Shown here piece after piece: positions 1 to 9,348 of a stretch of 53,719 nucleotides of DNA. A program made the position numbers and the translations under genes. The DNA lies in the NCBI GenBank assembly GCA_025351455.1, contig JANXVW010000133.1, positions 1-53,719 of the forward strand, written 5' to 3'. Source of the DNA: Betaproteobacteria bacterium (lineage in GTDB: Bacteria > Pseudomonadota > Gammaproteobacteria > Burkholderiales > JACQAP01). Positions within the stretch are counted from its first letter, which is position 1, and the number at the start of each line of letters is the position of its first letter. A model generated the notes under the pieces. The model saw nothing but the letters and a program-made list of their open reading frames with translations. It searched no databases and was not told the DNA's origin.

Positions 1-192
1 CTGTTCGACGGGAGCAAGCTGATCGAGATCGGCTTTCGCAAGACTTCCGCGCAATTTGCCTACGATCCGGTGACCCACCGCCAGACGCCGGTGGCCATCG
101 ATCCGGAGGGACGCAAGGATACGATCGCCGTTTTCCAGGAAGCATTCGAGCTCTACAGCCAGCGCCTGTACCGCATCGGCGAAAGGAAATGA
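1..192 (+). CDS. C-terminal fragment of an unidentified protein (5' end lies outside the window)
   Basis: Frame +1 is open from base 1 to TGA at 190-192 (...ELYSQRLYRIGERK*). Codon usage resembles the neighbours. No family recognised. Confidence 0.4.
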   Translation: MFDGSKLIEIGFRKTSAQFAYDPVTHRQTPVAIDPEGRKDTIAVFQEAFELYSQRLYRIGERK

Positions 193-327
193 GCCCCAAT
201 CCTGGTGCGGTTGCCTGCATCGAAACGCCGCGAAGCTGACAGCCGCATGGGCGAAGCCTCCCACTTGCAAGGGAGCGGAATTTCCCCGGGCTGCCGGACC
301 GGATAACTTTCGATACGGCGGACCTGA

Positions 328-355
328 TTGATCTTCAAGGTCAAATCGGTATAAT
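328..355 (+). promoter_or_regulatory. Candidate sigma70 promoter for the rpsF operon
   Basis: TTGATC (328-333), 16 nt spacer, TATAAT (350-355). It sits about 95 nt upstream of the rpsF ATG. Confidence 0.5.
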
Positions 356-451
356 GCCGGCCTTCCTTGCCTTACCGGGTCCGCATCCCGGAAGGCTTTC
401 CGCCCCGACCGGGATTCTCCCGCAGGGGCCCACCCACAAGGAGACAAATCA

Positions 452-874
452 ATGCGGCATTACGAGATCGTTTTCATCGTCCATCCCGACCAAAGCGAGC
501 AGGTCCCCGGGATGATTGAGCGTTACCGCCAGATGGTGACGTCGCGCAGCGGCTTCATCCATCGCCTCGAAGACTGGGGCCGGCGCCAGCTGGTATTCCC
601 CATCCAGAAGGTCCACAAGGCGCACTACGTACTCATGAACATCGAGTGCGACCAGTCCACCCTGGACGAGCTTGAGCACGCCTACAAATTCAACGACGCA
701 GTCCTGCGCCATCTGATCGTGAACATGACGCGTGCCGTAACCGAACCTTCCCCGATGATGAAGGAAGAGAAGTCGCGCACCGTGGTCGGCGAAGGCGCCA
801 AATCGGAAAGCGCCAAATCGGAAAGCGCGAAATCCGAGGGCGGCGAGAAGCCGGCCGCTGCCGAGGCCGCCTAG
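452..874 (+). CDS. rpsF: 30S ribosomal protein S6
   Basis: 140-aa [28 protein letters not shown]... is the conserved S6 N-terminus. GGAG lies 8 nt upstream. It is the first gene of the canonical rpsF-priB-rpsR-rplI order. Confidence 0.97.
   Translation: MRHYEIVFIVHPDQSEQVPGMIERYRQMVTSRSGFIHRLEDWGRRQLVFPIQKVHKAHYVLMNIECDQSTLDELEHAYKFNDAVLRHLIVNMTRAVTEPSPMMKEEKSRTVVGEGAKSESAKSESAKSEGGEKPAAAEAA
796..840 (+). repeat. 15-nt tandem repeat x3 (third copy diverged) inside the rpsF 3' end
   Basis: CGCCAAATCGGAAAG at 796-810 and 811-825, then CGCGAAATCCGAGGG at 826-840. It encodes the [16 protein letters not shown]-terminal tail. Confidence 0.85.
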
Positions 875-880
875 GTCGGG

Positions 881-1183
881 GTGAACCGCAACACGGTCAT
901 GCTGGATGGAATGCTGGTTGCGCGTGAAGAGCTACGCCATACGCCGGCCGGGATGCCGGCACTGAGTTTCAGGATTGGCCACGCATCCGGGCAGGTCGAA
1001 GCAGGGTTGCCCAGAAACGTAAACCTCGAGATAGACGGGGTGGCGCTGGGTGATGTGGCCGAGGAACTGAGCCGGGTGCCCCTGGATGGGCGATACAGTT
1101 TCGAAGGCTTCCTCGCGCTGAGAAGCAAACAGTCGAGAGTACCGGTGTTGCATGTAAACAGATTCGAATTGAATAAAGGATAG
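881..1183 (+). CDS. priB: Primosomal replication protein N (PriB), OB-fold
   Basis: 100-aa ORF with a GTG start, sitting exactly between rpsF and rpsR, the conserved priB position. Size and sequence are SSB-like. Confidence 0.8.
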   Translation: MNRNTVMLDGMLVAREELRHTPAGMPALSFRIGHASGQVEAGLPRNVNLEIDGVALGDVAEELSRVPLDGRYSFEGFLALRSKQSRVPVLHVNRFELNKG

Positions 1184-1187
1184 ACAA

Positions 1188-1469
1188 ATGGCACGTTTCG
1201 GAGGCGCTAAAGGCAAAGGCAAGGACAAAGGCAAGGAACGCAGCAACCGCCCGTTGTTCCGCCGCCGCAAGTTCTGCCGCTTTACCGCGGAAGGCATCAA
1301 GGAAGTGGATTACAAGGATGTCGAAATCCTGAAGGATTTCATCAACGAGAACGGGCGCATTATTCCGGCCCGGATCACCGGTACGAAGACGCACTTCCAG
1401 CGCCAGCTGTCGGTTGCGATCAAGCGCGCGCGTTACCTGGCGCTGCTGCCGTACACCGACCTGCACTGA
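1188..1469 (+). CDS. rpsR: 30S ribosomal protein S18
   Basis: 93-aa [45 protein letters not shown] is the conserved S18 core. Confidence 0.97.
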   Translation: MARFGGAKGKGKDKGKERSNRPLFRRRKFCRFTAEGIKEVDYKDVEILKDFINENGRIIPARITGTKTHFQRQLSVAIKRARYLALLPYTDLH

Positions 1470-1482
1470 GGAGCGAAGGAAC

Positions 1483-1938
1483 ATGCAAATCATCCTGATG
1501 GAAAAAGTGCACAACCTCGGCCAGCTTGGCGACGTCGTCAAAGTCAAGGGCGGTTTCGCGCGCAATTTTCTGATCCCGCAAGGCAAGGCCAAGCGGGCGA
1601 CGGAAAAGGCGATCGAGGAATTCAAGGCGCGCCGTGCCGACCTGGAAGCTGCGCACAACAAGGCGCTGTTGCTGGCACAGGAGCGTGCAGGCAAGCTCGA
1701 AGGTCTGATGGTGCAGATCACGCAGAAGGCGGGCGTGGACGGCCGACTGTTCGGATCAGTCACCAACTATGACATCGCCGAATCACTGAAAGCCCAGGGG
1801 CATGAAGTGACGAAGGCGATGGTGCGGCTGCCTCAAGGCCCGCTCAAGCAGGTCGGAGATTACCCGATTACGCTCGATCTGAACGCCGACGTTACGACGA
1901 CCATCACCGTGTCGGTCCTGGGCGACACGTCGAACTAA
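1483..1938 (+). CDS. rplI: 50S ribosomal protein L9
   Basis: [36 protein letters not shown] is the L9 N-terminus. The ATG at 1483 follows GGAGCGAAGGAAC. The ORF-track start at 1414 would overlap rpsR and is rejected. Confidence 0.95.
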   Translation: MQIILMEKVHNLGQLGDVVKVKGGFARNFLIPQGKAKRATEKAIEEFKARRADLEAAHNKALLLAQERAGKLEGLMVQITQKAGVDGRLFGSVTNYDIAESLKAQGHEVTKAMVRLPQGPLKQVGDYPITLDLNADVTTTITVSVLGDTSN

Positions 1939-1957
1939 AGCGGCAAGCAGGAGTGGC

Positions 1958-1994
1958 AAAAAAAAGGGCTGTGAAAACAGCCCTTTTTATTTTT
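1958..1994 (+). terminator. Rho-independent terminator after rplI
   Basis: Stem GGGCTGT (1966-1972), loop GAAA, stem ACAGCCC (1977-1983), then TTTTTATTTTT. An A-run upstream makes it potentially bidirectional. Confidence 0.8.
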
Positions 1995-2083
1995 CTTCTT
2001 GCGCCGCTCCGCAGCTTCCGAATAATAGCTGGCGACAGGTCCGTTCGCGCCACTTTTACGCACTGACAACACCCTAAAATCCC

Positions 2084-3478
2084 ATGGCGCAGTTCGCAAC
2101 GCAGCGCGTCGGCGTCGCCGACACCCAGGTCGAGTTCATCAAGCTGCCGCCCCACTCGGTGGAGGCCGAGCAGTCCGTGCTTGGCGGGCTGCTGCTCGAT
2201 AACACCGCCTGGGACAAGATCGCCGATATGATCGGCGAATCGGATTTTTACCGCGCCGACCACCGCCTCATTTATCGGCACGTCTCCAAGCTGGTCGGCA
2301 ATTCGCGGCCGGCTGACGTCATCACGGTTTCGGAAAGCCTGGAGAGTACCAAGGAGCTCGACGGCGCCGGCGGCCTGGCCTATCTCGGCGCATTGGCGCA
2401 GAACACGCCCACGGCTGCCAATATCCGCCGGTACGCGGAAATCGTGCGCGAGCGGGCGGTCATGCGCAAGCTCGCCGAAGTCGGCACTGAAATCGCCGAG
2501 ACCGCCTACAACCCGATGGGCAAGGAAGCCGGGCAGCTGCTCGACGAAGCGGAATCGAAGGTATTCGCGATTTCGGAACAGGGTGCGCGTGGCAAACAGG
2601 GCTTCATGGACATGCAGCCGCTGCTGACGCAAGTTGTCGAGCGCATCGACATGCTCTACAACCGGGACAATCCCTCCGACGTGACCGGTGTGCCCACCGG
2701 ATTCACCGATCTCGACAAGATGACGTCCGGGCTGCAGCCAGGCGACCTGGTCATCGTGGCCGGCCGTCCGTCGATGGGCAAGACTTCGCTCGCGTTGAAC
2801 ATGGCGGAGCACGTGGCGCTTGAGTCGGGCCTGCCGGTCGGCGTGTTCTCCATGGAAATGGGGGCCTCGCAACTGGTCATGCGCATGCTCGGCAGTGTCG
2901 GCAAGCTCGACCAGCACAAGGTGCGCACCGGGCGCCTGGCCGACGAAGACTGGCGCAAGCTGACCGATGCGGTGGGCAGGCTCAACGATGCGCCGATCCA
3001 CATTGACGAAACCGCCGCGCTGAATTCCCTCGAATTGCGTGCGCGAGCGCGCCGCCTTCACCGGCAATACGGCAAGCTCGGCCTGATCGTGGTCGACTAC
3101 CTGCAACTCATGTCGGCCAGTTCGCAGGGCGAGAACCGCGCCACGGAAATCTCGGAAATCTCGCGCGGGCTCAAAGCACTGGCGAAGGAGCTCAACGTGC
3201 CGGTGGTTGCGCTGTCACAGCTGAACCGCAGCCTGGAGCAACGTCCGAACAAGCGGCCGGTCATGTCGGACTTGCGCGAGTCCGGCGCCATCGAGCAGGA
3301 TGCGGACCTGATCCTGTTCATCTACCGCGATGAAGTCTACAACCAGGATTCGCCGGACAAGGGCAAGGCCGAAGTCATTATCGGCAAGCAGCGCAATGGC
3401 CCCATCGGCACCATTACCCTGGTCTTCCAGGGCGAGTACACGCGCTTCGCCAACTTCGCTGATCCCGGCCGCTTCTAG
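2084..3478 (+). CDS. dnaB: Replicative DNA helicase DnaB
   Basis: 464-aa ORF. PPHSVEAEQSVLGGLLLDN N-terminal motif, Walker A GRPSMGKTS, and the usual position after rplI. The length leaves no room for an intein. Confidence 0.97.
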   Translation: MAQFATQRVGVADTQVEFIKLPPHSVEAEQSVLGGLLLDNTAWDKIADMIGESDFYRADHRLIYRHVSKLVGNSRPADVITVSESLESTKELDGAGGLAYLGALAQNTPTAANIRRYAEIVRERAVMRKLAEVGTEIAETAYNPMGKEAGQLLDEAESKVFAISEQGARGKQGFMDMQPLLTQVVERIDMLYNRDNPSDVTGVPTGFTDLDKMTSGLQPGDLVIVAGRPSMGKTSLALNMAEHVALESGLPVGVFSMEMGASQLVMRMLGSVGKLDQHKVRTGRLADEDWRKLTDAVGRLNDAPIHIDETAALNSLELRARARRLHRQYGKLGLIVVDYLQLMSASSQGENRATEISEISRGLKALAKELNVPVVALSQLNRSLEQRPNKRPVMSDLRESGAIEQDADLILFIYRDEVYNQDSPDKGKAEVIIGKQRNGPIGTITLVFQGEYTRFANFADPGRF

Positions 3479-3485
3479 CCAGGCA

Positions 3486-5297
3486 TTACCGCAGCATCGA
3501 ACCGCCGGACGGATTCTCGTGCGGAAAATGACTCCTGAATTCGAGCACGGCTCTCGCAAGTTCAGTGTCCATTTTCTCCTGCCGGTAGATCGCCATCAGC
3601 TTGATCCATGAATCCCGATCCTTGGGATCCTTGTGTACCTGGAATTGCAGCAGGCTGAGGGCGTTCTGGGTGCGCCCGAGCGCGATGAAGCGGTCCACGT
3701 CCGTGAACATCGAACGGGTGTTGTCCAGGGCCTGGTCCATTTCGAACAACACGTCGCTCGACAGGCCGGAGACCGTTGCAGGCGCCGGCGGTTCGCTTTC
3801 GAGCCTGAGGTCCACATCCGTGGTCTGCTGCAGGGCGCTGATATCGATCGCGGCGTCGGGTACCCGTCCGGATTCGGCGGCCGGCGGCGGCGTGTCGGCA
3901 GAGAATTCCGCAGGGACCGGCGTCGGCGGCAGGCGTGATGAGGGCGGCGGCATCGGCACGTTGGCGCGCGGCGCGGCGCCGGGCTTCGGGCTGGACTCAA
4001 GTTCGCGCATTACGGTCGCGGCGGTGGCCAGCATGCGATCGAGCTGATCGTCGGTTTCGGCGAGCCCACGCGTGAACGAGCCGCGGCGGCCATAGACGAA
4101 ACCACCGATCGCCGCCGCGACGACCAGCCCCGCGAGGGCGAGCCAGACATACCAGGAAACCGGTTCGGATTTGACGATCGTGCGGATTTCCACTTTCGGC
4201 GGCGGCGCTGGCTGCGCGACGACCGGAGCCTGTACCGGCGCGGAATTGACGTTCTTCTGCAGGTTTTGAATGGAAAGTTCGAGGCGTTGCAGCTGCTGCT
4301 CAATCCCTTCCTGTTTCAGGTGCAATTGCCTGACCCCGGATTCCAGGGCGAGTGCCATGTCATCCAGCGGCCGTACTCCACCGGCAACCGGCATTTCGGC
4401 GCCACACAGCCGCATCAGCTGCCGGCATTCCTGTGGGCCAGGCTTGTCGCCCAGCTCGAGCGCCCGACGCAGCGTGATCGGTTTGCGGGGCTTTGCCGGG
4501 GTTTCTTCGACGGCTTGCGCCGGCAATTCATTCGCTGCTTGCATCACCGGTTCCGCAGATGTCGCCGCAATGCCGCGGCGCGCATGATGGCCGGCCGCGG
4601 ATTTTGCGGCCCCAGCGGGCGCTGAACGGGATGCATTGCGCAACTCGCGCAGATCGGGAAACCACAATACCGTGCCGGCGGGAACGTCCCGGATGCGGCC
4701 GTTCGGAAAGGTTCCCCGGTTACCGGCAATGACCTGCTGTACCAGATCCTGCTGGATACCGCGATGTCCGGGGAATATCACCGCCGCGATGCTTTCCACG
4801 GTGTCGCCGCGCAGCAGGCTCAGATGGAAACCACGCCGTTTCGCCCGCTTTGCGTCGTCGCGGGGCGCTGCCGGCGCCGCAATGATTGCCGGTCCAGCCG
4901 CGGGTGGAATGAGCGCGGAGAAGTGGCGCGCGTAGAGAGGGGCGCCCGCGCACTGCACCCGCAGGACAAGTTCCACCGCAGGACTGGCAATCGGCTCGTC
5001 CGTCCTGATTTCCACCACGCCGCGCCCGGCATTCAGCTTCAGCCTGGCCTTGTCGAGGAAAGGCATTTCCGAACCGGGCGCATCGCTTTCGGGGCCCATG
5101 GACAAGCATGCGTCGGAGATATGCTCTTCGGGCAGCGAGGCCAGTGTGGCCGTGGCGAGGAAAGGCTCGCCCTGGTGGGATTTCACGGTGAGACGCCAAA
5201 GGTCCACCGGGGCGGCGAGAACGGATACGAGAGTGAAAATCCCGGCGAAAGCCGTAATCGCCTGCCACGCCGCATGCGGAGGGATCGGTCTGGGCAC
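3486..5297 (-). CDS. fimV: FimV/HubP-family protein (N-terminal FimV domain, LysM-like segment, TM helix, TPR-like C-terminus)
   Basis: 603-aa ORF. LWRLTVKSHQGEPFLATATL and VVEIRTDEPIASPAVELVLRVQC...ALIPP match the FimV N-domain pattern. It also has a LysM-like GDTVESIAAV segment, one TM helix (WYVWLALAGLVVAAAIGGFVY) and a helical-repeat C-terminus. Confidence 0.7.
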   Translation of the reverse strand: MPRPIPPHAAWQAITAFAGIFTLVSVLAAPVDLWRLTVKSHQGEPFLATATLASLPEEHISDACLSMGPESDAPGSEMPFLDKARLKLNAGRGVVEIRTDEPIASPAVELVLRVQCAGAPLYARHFSALIPPAAGPAIIAAPAAPRDDAKRAKRRGFHLSLLRGDTVESIAAVIFPGHRGIQQDLVQQVIAGNRGTFPNGRIRDVPAGTVLWFPDLRELRNASRSAPAGAAKSAAGHHARRGIAATSAEPVMQAANELPAQAVEETPAKPRKPITLRRALELGDKPGPQECRQLMRLCGAEMPVAGGVRPLDDMALALESGVRQLHLKQEGIEQQLQRLELSIQNLQKNVNSAPVQAPVVAQPAPPPKVEIRTIVKSEPVSWYVWLALAGLVVAAAIGGFVYGRRGSFTRGLAETDDQLDRMLATAATVMRELESSPKPGAAPRANVPMPPPSSRLPPTPVPAEFSADTPPPAAESGRVPDAAIDISALQQTTDVDLRLESEPPAPATVSGLSSDVLFEMDQALDNTRSMFTDVDRFIALGRTQNALSLLQFQVHKDPKDRDSWIKLMAIYRQEKMDTELARAVLEFRSHFPHENPSGGSMLR

Positions 5298-5363
5298 TCG
5301 CTTTTGACTAGATGTTGTAGGGTTTCAGTGCATCTGCACCATATGTAGTGTTGCGCAGTCTAG

Positions 5364-5404
5364 CCCGAACCCGCTGGGCGTGCAACGCCCGGAACGGGTT
5401 CGGG
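5364..5404 (-). terminator. GC-rich nested stem-loop downstream of the PhoH-like gene (possible terminator or REP-like hairpin, no U-tract)
   Basis: CCCGAACCCG (5364-5373) pairs perfectly with CGGGTTCGGG (5395-5404). An inner GGGCG/CGCCC stem sits inside it. It lies 25 nt after the stop at 5429. Confidence 0.35.
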
Positions 5405-5428
5405 TGCGAAGAATCCTGGGCAGTGAAC

Positions 5429-6859
5429 CTAAAGTACTTCGGCGGCATGGTCCGCCAGCCGCGAGCGTTCGCCGCGCATCAGGGTGACGTGGCCGCTGTG
5501 CCCCCAGCCCTTGAAGCGGTCGACTACGTAAGTCAGGCCCGAACTGCCTTCGGTCAGGTAAGGTGTGTCGATTTGAGAAATGTTGCCCAGGCAGACCACC
5601 TTCGTGCCGGGCCCGGCGCGGGTGATCAGGGTCTTCATCTGCTTGGGCGTGAGGTTCTGCGCTTCGTCGATGATCAGGAACTTGTTGATGAAAGTACGCC
5701 CGCGCATGAAATTCAGCGACTTCACCTTGATGCGCGAGCGGATCAGGTCGCGCGTGGCGGCGCGGCCCCATTCGCCGGCCTCGTCGTCGGTCTTGTTGAG
5801 CACGTCCAGGTTGTCGTCGAGCGCGCCCATCCACGGGGTCATTTTTTCCTCCTCGGTGCCGGGCAGGAAGCCAATGTCCTCGCCCACCGGCACCGTGACC
5901 CGGGTCATGATGATCTCGGAATAAACCTTGTCCTCGAGTGTCTGCATCAGACCGGCCGCCAGCGTCAGCAGCGTTTTGCCGGTGCCGGCCTGGCCGAGCA
6001 GGGTAACGAAGTCCACGTCCGGATTCATCAGCAGGTTGAGCGCGAAGTTCTGTTCCCGGTTGCGCGCCACGATGCCCCAGATGTTGTTTTTCTGGTGCGT
6101 GTACTCGCGGATGGTCTGCAGGATCGCGGTCTTGCCGGTCTGCTCCCTGACCTGCGCATAGAACGGTTTTTCGCTCTCGAGGAAGACGAATTCGTTGACC
6201 ATGAAGCTGCCGCACAGCGGGCCGCGCACGCGATAAAAGGTGCGGCCGTCCTGCTGCCAGGATTCCATTTCCTTGCCGTGCTGGTCCCAGAAATCCGCCG
6301 GCAGTTCGCGCACGCCGGTGTACAGCAGATCGGTGTCTTCGAGGACCTTGTCGTTGAAATAGTCCTCCGCGGCGAAACCCAGCGCACGCGCCTTGATGCG
6401 CATGTTGATGTCCTTGCTGACTAGGATCACCTGCCGCTTGTCATGGGTTTCGTGCAGGTGTTTTACGACGCCGATGATCTGGTTGTCCGCCTTGCCGGCG
6501 GCAAGGCGTGCCGGCAACTCGCCGCTGATCGATTCGGTCTGCAGGAACAACCGGCCGGTCGCCTCCTTGGCGCCGGAATTCCCAAGCGGAATGCCGGCGG
6601 CGATGTCTTCGATCGCCTTGGAAACAATTTCGTCGAGGAATCGGCTGGCCTGGCGCGCGTTACGTGAAACTTCGGACATCCCTTTCTTGTTGGAGTCCAG
6701 TTCCTCGAGGGTGACCATCGGCAGATACACGTCATGCTCCTCGAACCGGAACAGGCTCGTGGGGTCGTGCATCAGGACGTTGGTATCGAGGACGAACAGC
6801 TTGTTGCGGGGATGGATCGTGGTGACCAGGGTGGGGGCGGAGGCTTTGCGCTGGATCAT
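5429..6859 (-). CDS. PIN-domain plus PhoH-like ATPase (PhoH2/YlaK-type)
   Basis: 476 aa. N-terminal PIN pattern FVLDTNVLMHDP...LEELD and a C-terminal PhoH ATPase with Walker A GQAGTGKT. Confidence 0.9.
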   Translation of the reverse strand: MIQRKASAPTLVTTIHPRNKLFVLDTNVLMHDPTSLFRFEEHDVYLPMVTLEELDSNKKGMSEVSRNARQASRFLDEIVSKAIEDIAAGIPLGNSGAKEATGRLFLQTESISGELPARLAAGKADNQIIGVVKHLHETHDKRQVILVSKDINMRIKARALGFAAEDYFNDKVLEDTDLLYTGVRELPADFWDQHGKEMESWQQDGRTFYRVRGPLCGSFMVNEFVFLESEKPFYAQVREQTGKTAILQTIREYTHQKNNIWGIVARNREQNFALNLLMNPDVDFVTLLGQAGTGKTLLTLAAGLMQTLEDKVYSEIIMTRVTVPVGEDIGFLPGTEEEKMTPWMGALDDNLDVLNKTDDEAGEWGRAATRDLIRSRIKVKSLNFMRGRTFINKFLIIDEAQNLTPKQMKTLITRAGPGTKVVCLGNISQIDTPYLTEGSSGLTYVVDRFKGWGHSGHVTLMRGERSRLADHAAEVL

Positions 6860-6954
6860 AAAGCGGCCCCGGAAGGACGGGCAATGACGTGTATGCGAGA
6901 TTGAATTGAGGATTTACTCCGTCGATGGATCATCCGCGCTCCTGTGTCTGCCGG

Positions 6955-7422
6955 TTAAAGGGAACTTACGAATTCCAGTACCTCCTGGGCATGGCCGGGC
7001 ACTTTCACCCCGCGCCATTGCCTGGCTACGCTGCCGTGTGAGTCGATGACAAAAGTGCTGCGCTCGATGCCGCGCACCTGTTTGCCATACATATTTTTCA
7101 TTTTAATGGCGCCGAACAGGCTGCAAAGCTTTTCGTCCGGGTCGGAAAGCAGGTCGAAGGGAAATTCCATCTTCGACTTGAAGCTTTCATGGGATTTGAT
7201 GCTGTCGCGCGATATGCCATGAACGGCGCAGCCGAGTTTCGCGAATTGCGCGTGCAGGTCGCGGAATTGCTGGCCTTCAGTGGTGCAGCCGGGGGTGTTG
7301 TCCTTCGGGTAAAAGTAGAGAACCAGCGGGCGTCCCAGTGAGGCTGAGAGCTTGAACGTCTTGTTCCCGGTCGAGGCGATCTCGAAATCGGGAACCTTGA
7401 GGCCAACCAGCGAGGTTTCCAT
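6955..7422 (-). CDS. bcp: Thiol peroxidase / peroxiredoxin Bcp
   Basis: 155 aa with the peroxiredoxin active-site motif YFYPKDNTPGCTTE. Confidence 0.92.
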   Translation of the reverse strand: METSLVGLKVPDFEIASTGNKTFKLSASLGRPLVLYFYPKDNTPGCTTEGQQFRDLHAQFAKLGCAVHGISRDSIKSHESFKSKMEFPFDLLSDPDEKLCSLFGAIKMKNMYGKQVRGIERSTFVIDSHGSVARQWRGVKVPGHAQEVLEFVSSL

Positions 7423-7476
7423 TCCTGACCCTATGTTTACCGAAACCTAAGCCGATTGCAACACCAATTCGATCTT

Positions 7477-7653
7477 CACCGCAAAGACGCAAAGTAACGC
7501 AAAGGAAGCCCACTCGCGGGGTATACAGACTGCGAAGGGTTTCGGATTGGCTTGCAAAAAATGATGGATGGCAGCGTCACAACAGAGAACTTGCCGTGCC
7601 GTTACCGGCAATCACATCCTCTTTTCTTCGCGTTACTTTGCGTCTTTGCGGTG
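7477..7653. repeat. GCAAAG-unit inverted-arm element, copy 1 (177 bp)
   Basis: CACCGCAAAGACGCAAAGTAACGC (7477-7500) is the perfect reverse complement of 7630-7653. The same 18-mer arms recur at 25630-25792 and 47265-47424. Confidence 0.85.
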
Positions 7654-7674
7654 AAAGGTTAACTGGGCAGGATA

Positions 7675-8586
7675 TCAGGCGGCGAGGAACTCGCGGCCCT
7701 GCAGCGCCAGCGTGCCGTTGCGGCCGGGTATCGGGCCGGTGGCGACTTCGTGCCGCGGCAGGTCGTTAATTGCGAGGGATTCTAGGTAGCTGCCCAGCGA
7801 CACCAGTTCATGCCCCTGTTTCTGCCAGCCGACCAGGAGCTGCTCGAAGAGCGGGGCCAGTTTCATGCCTTCCAGTTCGGCACGCAATGTGAACACATGG
7901 CCCGACGGCGCTTCCTGGCGCGTGAGTTCCAGCAGCCGCTCGACGATGTTGGCGGTATTCACGCCGTCCAGCCCGATCATCTCGTCGAGCGTCGGCAAAG
8001 TCGTCGGCAGTTGCGGGCAGGCGATGATTTCGCCGCGGTAGATCGGAATGAAGGGGCCGCTGCCGCGCGTGTCCGAGCAGAAATTGAAGCCAAGCCGTTG
8101 TGTGAGCCGATAGGCATGGCGATTCATCTGCCAGCCCGCCGCGCCGTGGATGCGCGCCGGTTCGCCAAAAATTTCCTCGAAGCGTTCGCAGGCCAGATCC
8201 ATCTGCCTGCGCGTCCATTGCGCATCGGCAACGGCCGCCTTGTCCCGCCACAACACGCGGTCCCAGGCATGGATGCCGGCCTCGAAGCCGGCATCGCGCG
8301 CTTCACGCATGACACCTGTGCATTCGCGGCCGATGTCGGGCGCAGGCAGCAGTGTTCCGTACAGCAGCGTCTTGAAGCCGTAGTGGCGCAGCGCGGAGGT
8401 GCGGCGCATCCTGCCGACAAATCCGGTGCGGACTACCCGGGTAACGGCCCGGCCGGTATGGTCGGGACCGAGCGCAAACAGGAATGTACCGCCGGCGCTG
8501 CGCGCCCTGAGCATCTCCACCAGGCGCGGCACGCCCTGGCGGGTGCCGCGAAAGGTGTTCGTATCAATTTTCAGCGCAATCTTCAT
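7675..8586 (-). CDS. Polysaccharide deacetylase, ArnD-like (4-deoxy-4-formamido-L-arabinose-phosphoundecaprenol deformylase family)
   Basis: MKIALKIDTNTFRGTRQGVPRLVEML... closely parallels the ArnD N-terminus (LRIDVDTFRGTREGVPRLL). Start set at the ATG at 8586 rather than the ORF-track start at 8646. Confidence 0.8.
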   Translation of the reverse strand: MKIALKIDTNTFRGTRQGVPRLVEMLRARSAGGTFLFALGPDHTGRAVTRVVRTGFVGRMRRTSALRHYGFKTLLYGTLLPAPDIGRECTGVMREARDAGFEAGIHAWDRVLWRDKAAVADAQWTRRQMDLACERFEEIFGEPARIHGAAGWQMNRHAYRLTQRLGFNFCSDTRGSGPFIPIYRGEIIACPQLPTTLPTLDEMIGLDGVNTANIVERLLELTRQEAPSGHVFTLRAELEGMKLAPLFEQLLVGWQKQGHELVSLGSYLESLAINDLPRHEVATGPIPGRNGTLALQGREFLAA

Positions 8587-8709
8587 GAGAACGTTAATTT
8601 GCCACAGCCGCGCGCAGGAATACAAAGGCTCGCGGATAGACGGCAACGGCAGGCAAGGGGATTCGCCGTCGAGTTTGCAATTTCGTCGAAACCGGGCGCC
8701 TGTGCTACG

Positions 8710-9348
8710 TTAACGTCGCGGACGCGGCATTAAGAGCGGACGCAACCGGTGGTAAATATTGTCGAGGATGCGGGGTTGTGCCGCGGCGGCCGGGTGAATG
8801 CCGTCGGCCTGGAAGTTGGTGCGGTCGTCGGCGAAACCCTGGAGCATGAAAGGAACCAGCGAGACATTCTGCTGTCTGGCAACTTCAGCAAACAGACCTT
8901 CGAAGCGGCGCGTGTACACCGGCCCGTAGTTCGGCGGAATGCGCATTCCTGCGATCACGACTTTTGCGCCCGCCTTGCGGCAGGCTGCGACGATTGCAAT
9001 CAGGTTGCGGCGGGTTTCTTCAAGAGGGTTTCCACGCAGGCCGTCATTGCCGCCGAGGGCGACGATGACCACGGCAGGTTGGTGTTCCTTGAGCGCGTCC
9101 GGAATGCGGTTGAGCCCGCCCAGGGTGGTTTCCCCGCTGATGCTGGCGTTGACCACCCGGTAATCGAGCTTATCTCGCTCGATGCGTTGTTGCAGCAGCG
9201 CGACCCAGCCTTCGCCTTGCGCCAGGCCATAGCCGGCGGAAATGCTGTCGCCCAGGACAAGAATGGCCTGGGCGGCGTGGACCGCCGGGACCGGTACCAT
9301 GACCGACAACAGAAAGAGCAGAACAGACCGCATGGCTGAAGAGTTCAT
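8710..9348 (-). CDS. tesA: SGNH/GDSL arylesterase / acyl-CoA thioesterase I (TesA-like), secreted
   Basis: Signal peptide, then the SGNH blocks VLGDSISAGYG, GGNDGLRG and DGIHP. Possible starts are 9333, 9348 and 9357. The ORF-track extension to 9756 is antisense to ybbA. Confidence 0.85.
   Translation of the reverse strand: MNSSAMRSVLLFLLSVMVPVPAVHAAQAILVLGDSISAGYGLAQGEGWVALLQQRIERDKLDYRVVNASISGETTLGGLNRIPDALKEHQPAVVIVALGGNDGLRGNPLEETRRNLIAIVAACRKAGAKVVIAGMRIPPNYGPVYTRRFEGLFAEVARQQNVSLVPFMLQGFADDRTNFQADGIHPAAAAQPRILDNIYHRLRPLLMPRPRR

Noticed and set aside
5325-6424. 296-aa and 358-aa ORFs overlapping the PIN-PhoH gene
   Set aside because: The PhoH-like frame carries the PIN and Walker motifs. 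The alternative frames are Arg/Pro/Gly-rich artefacts.
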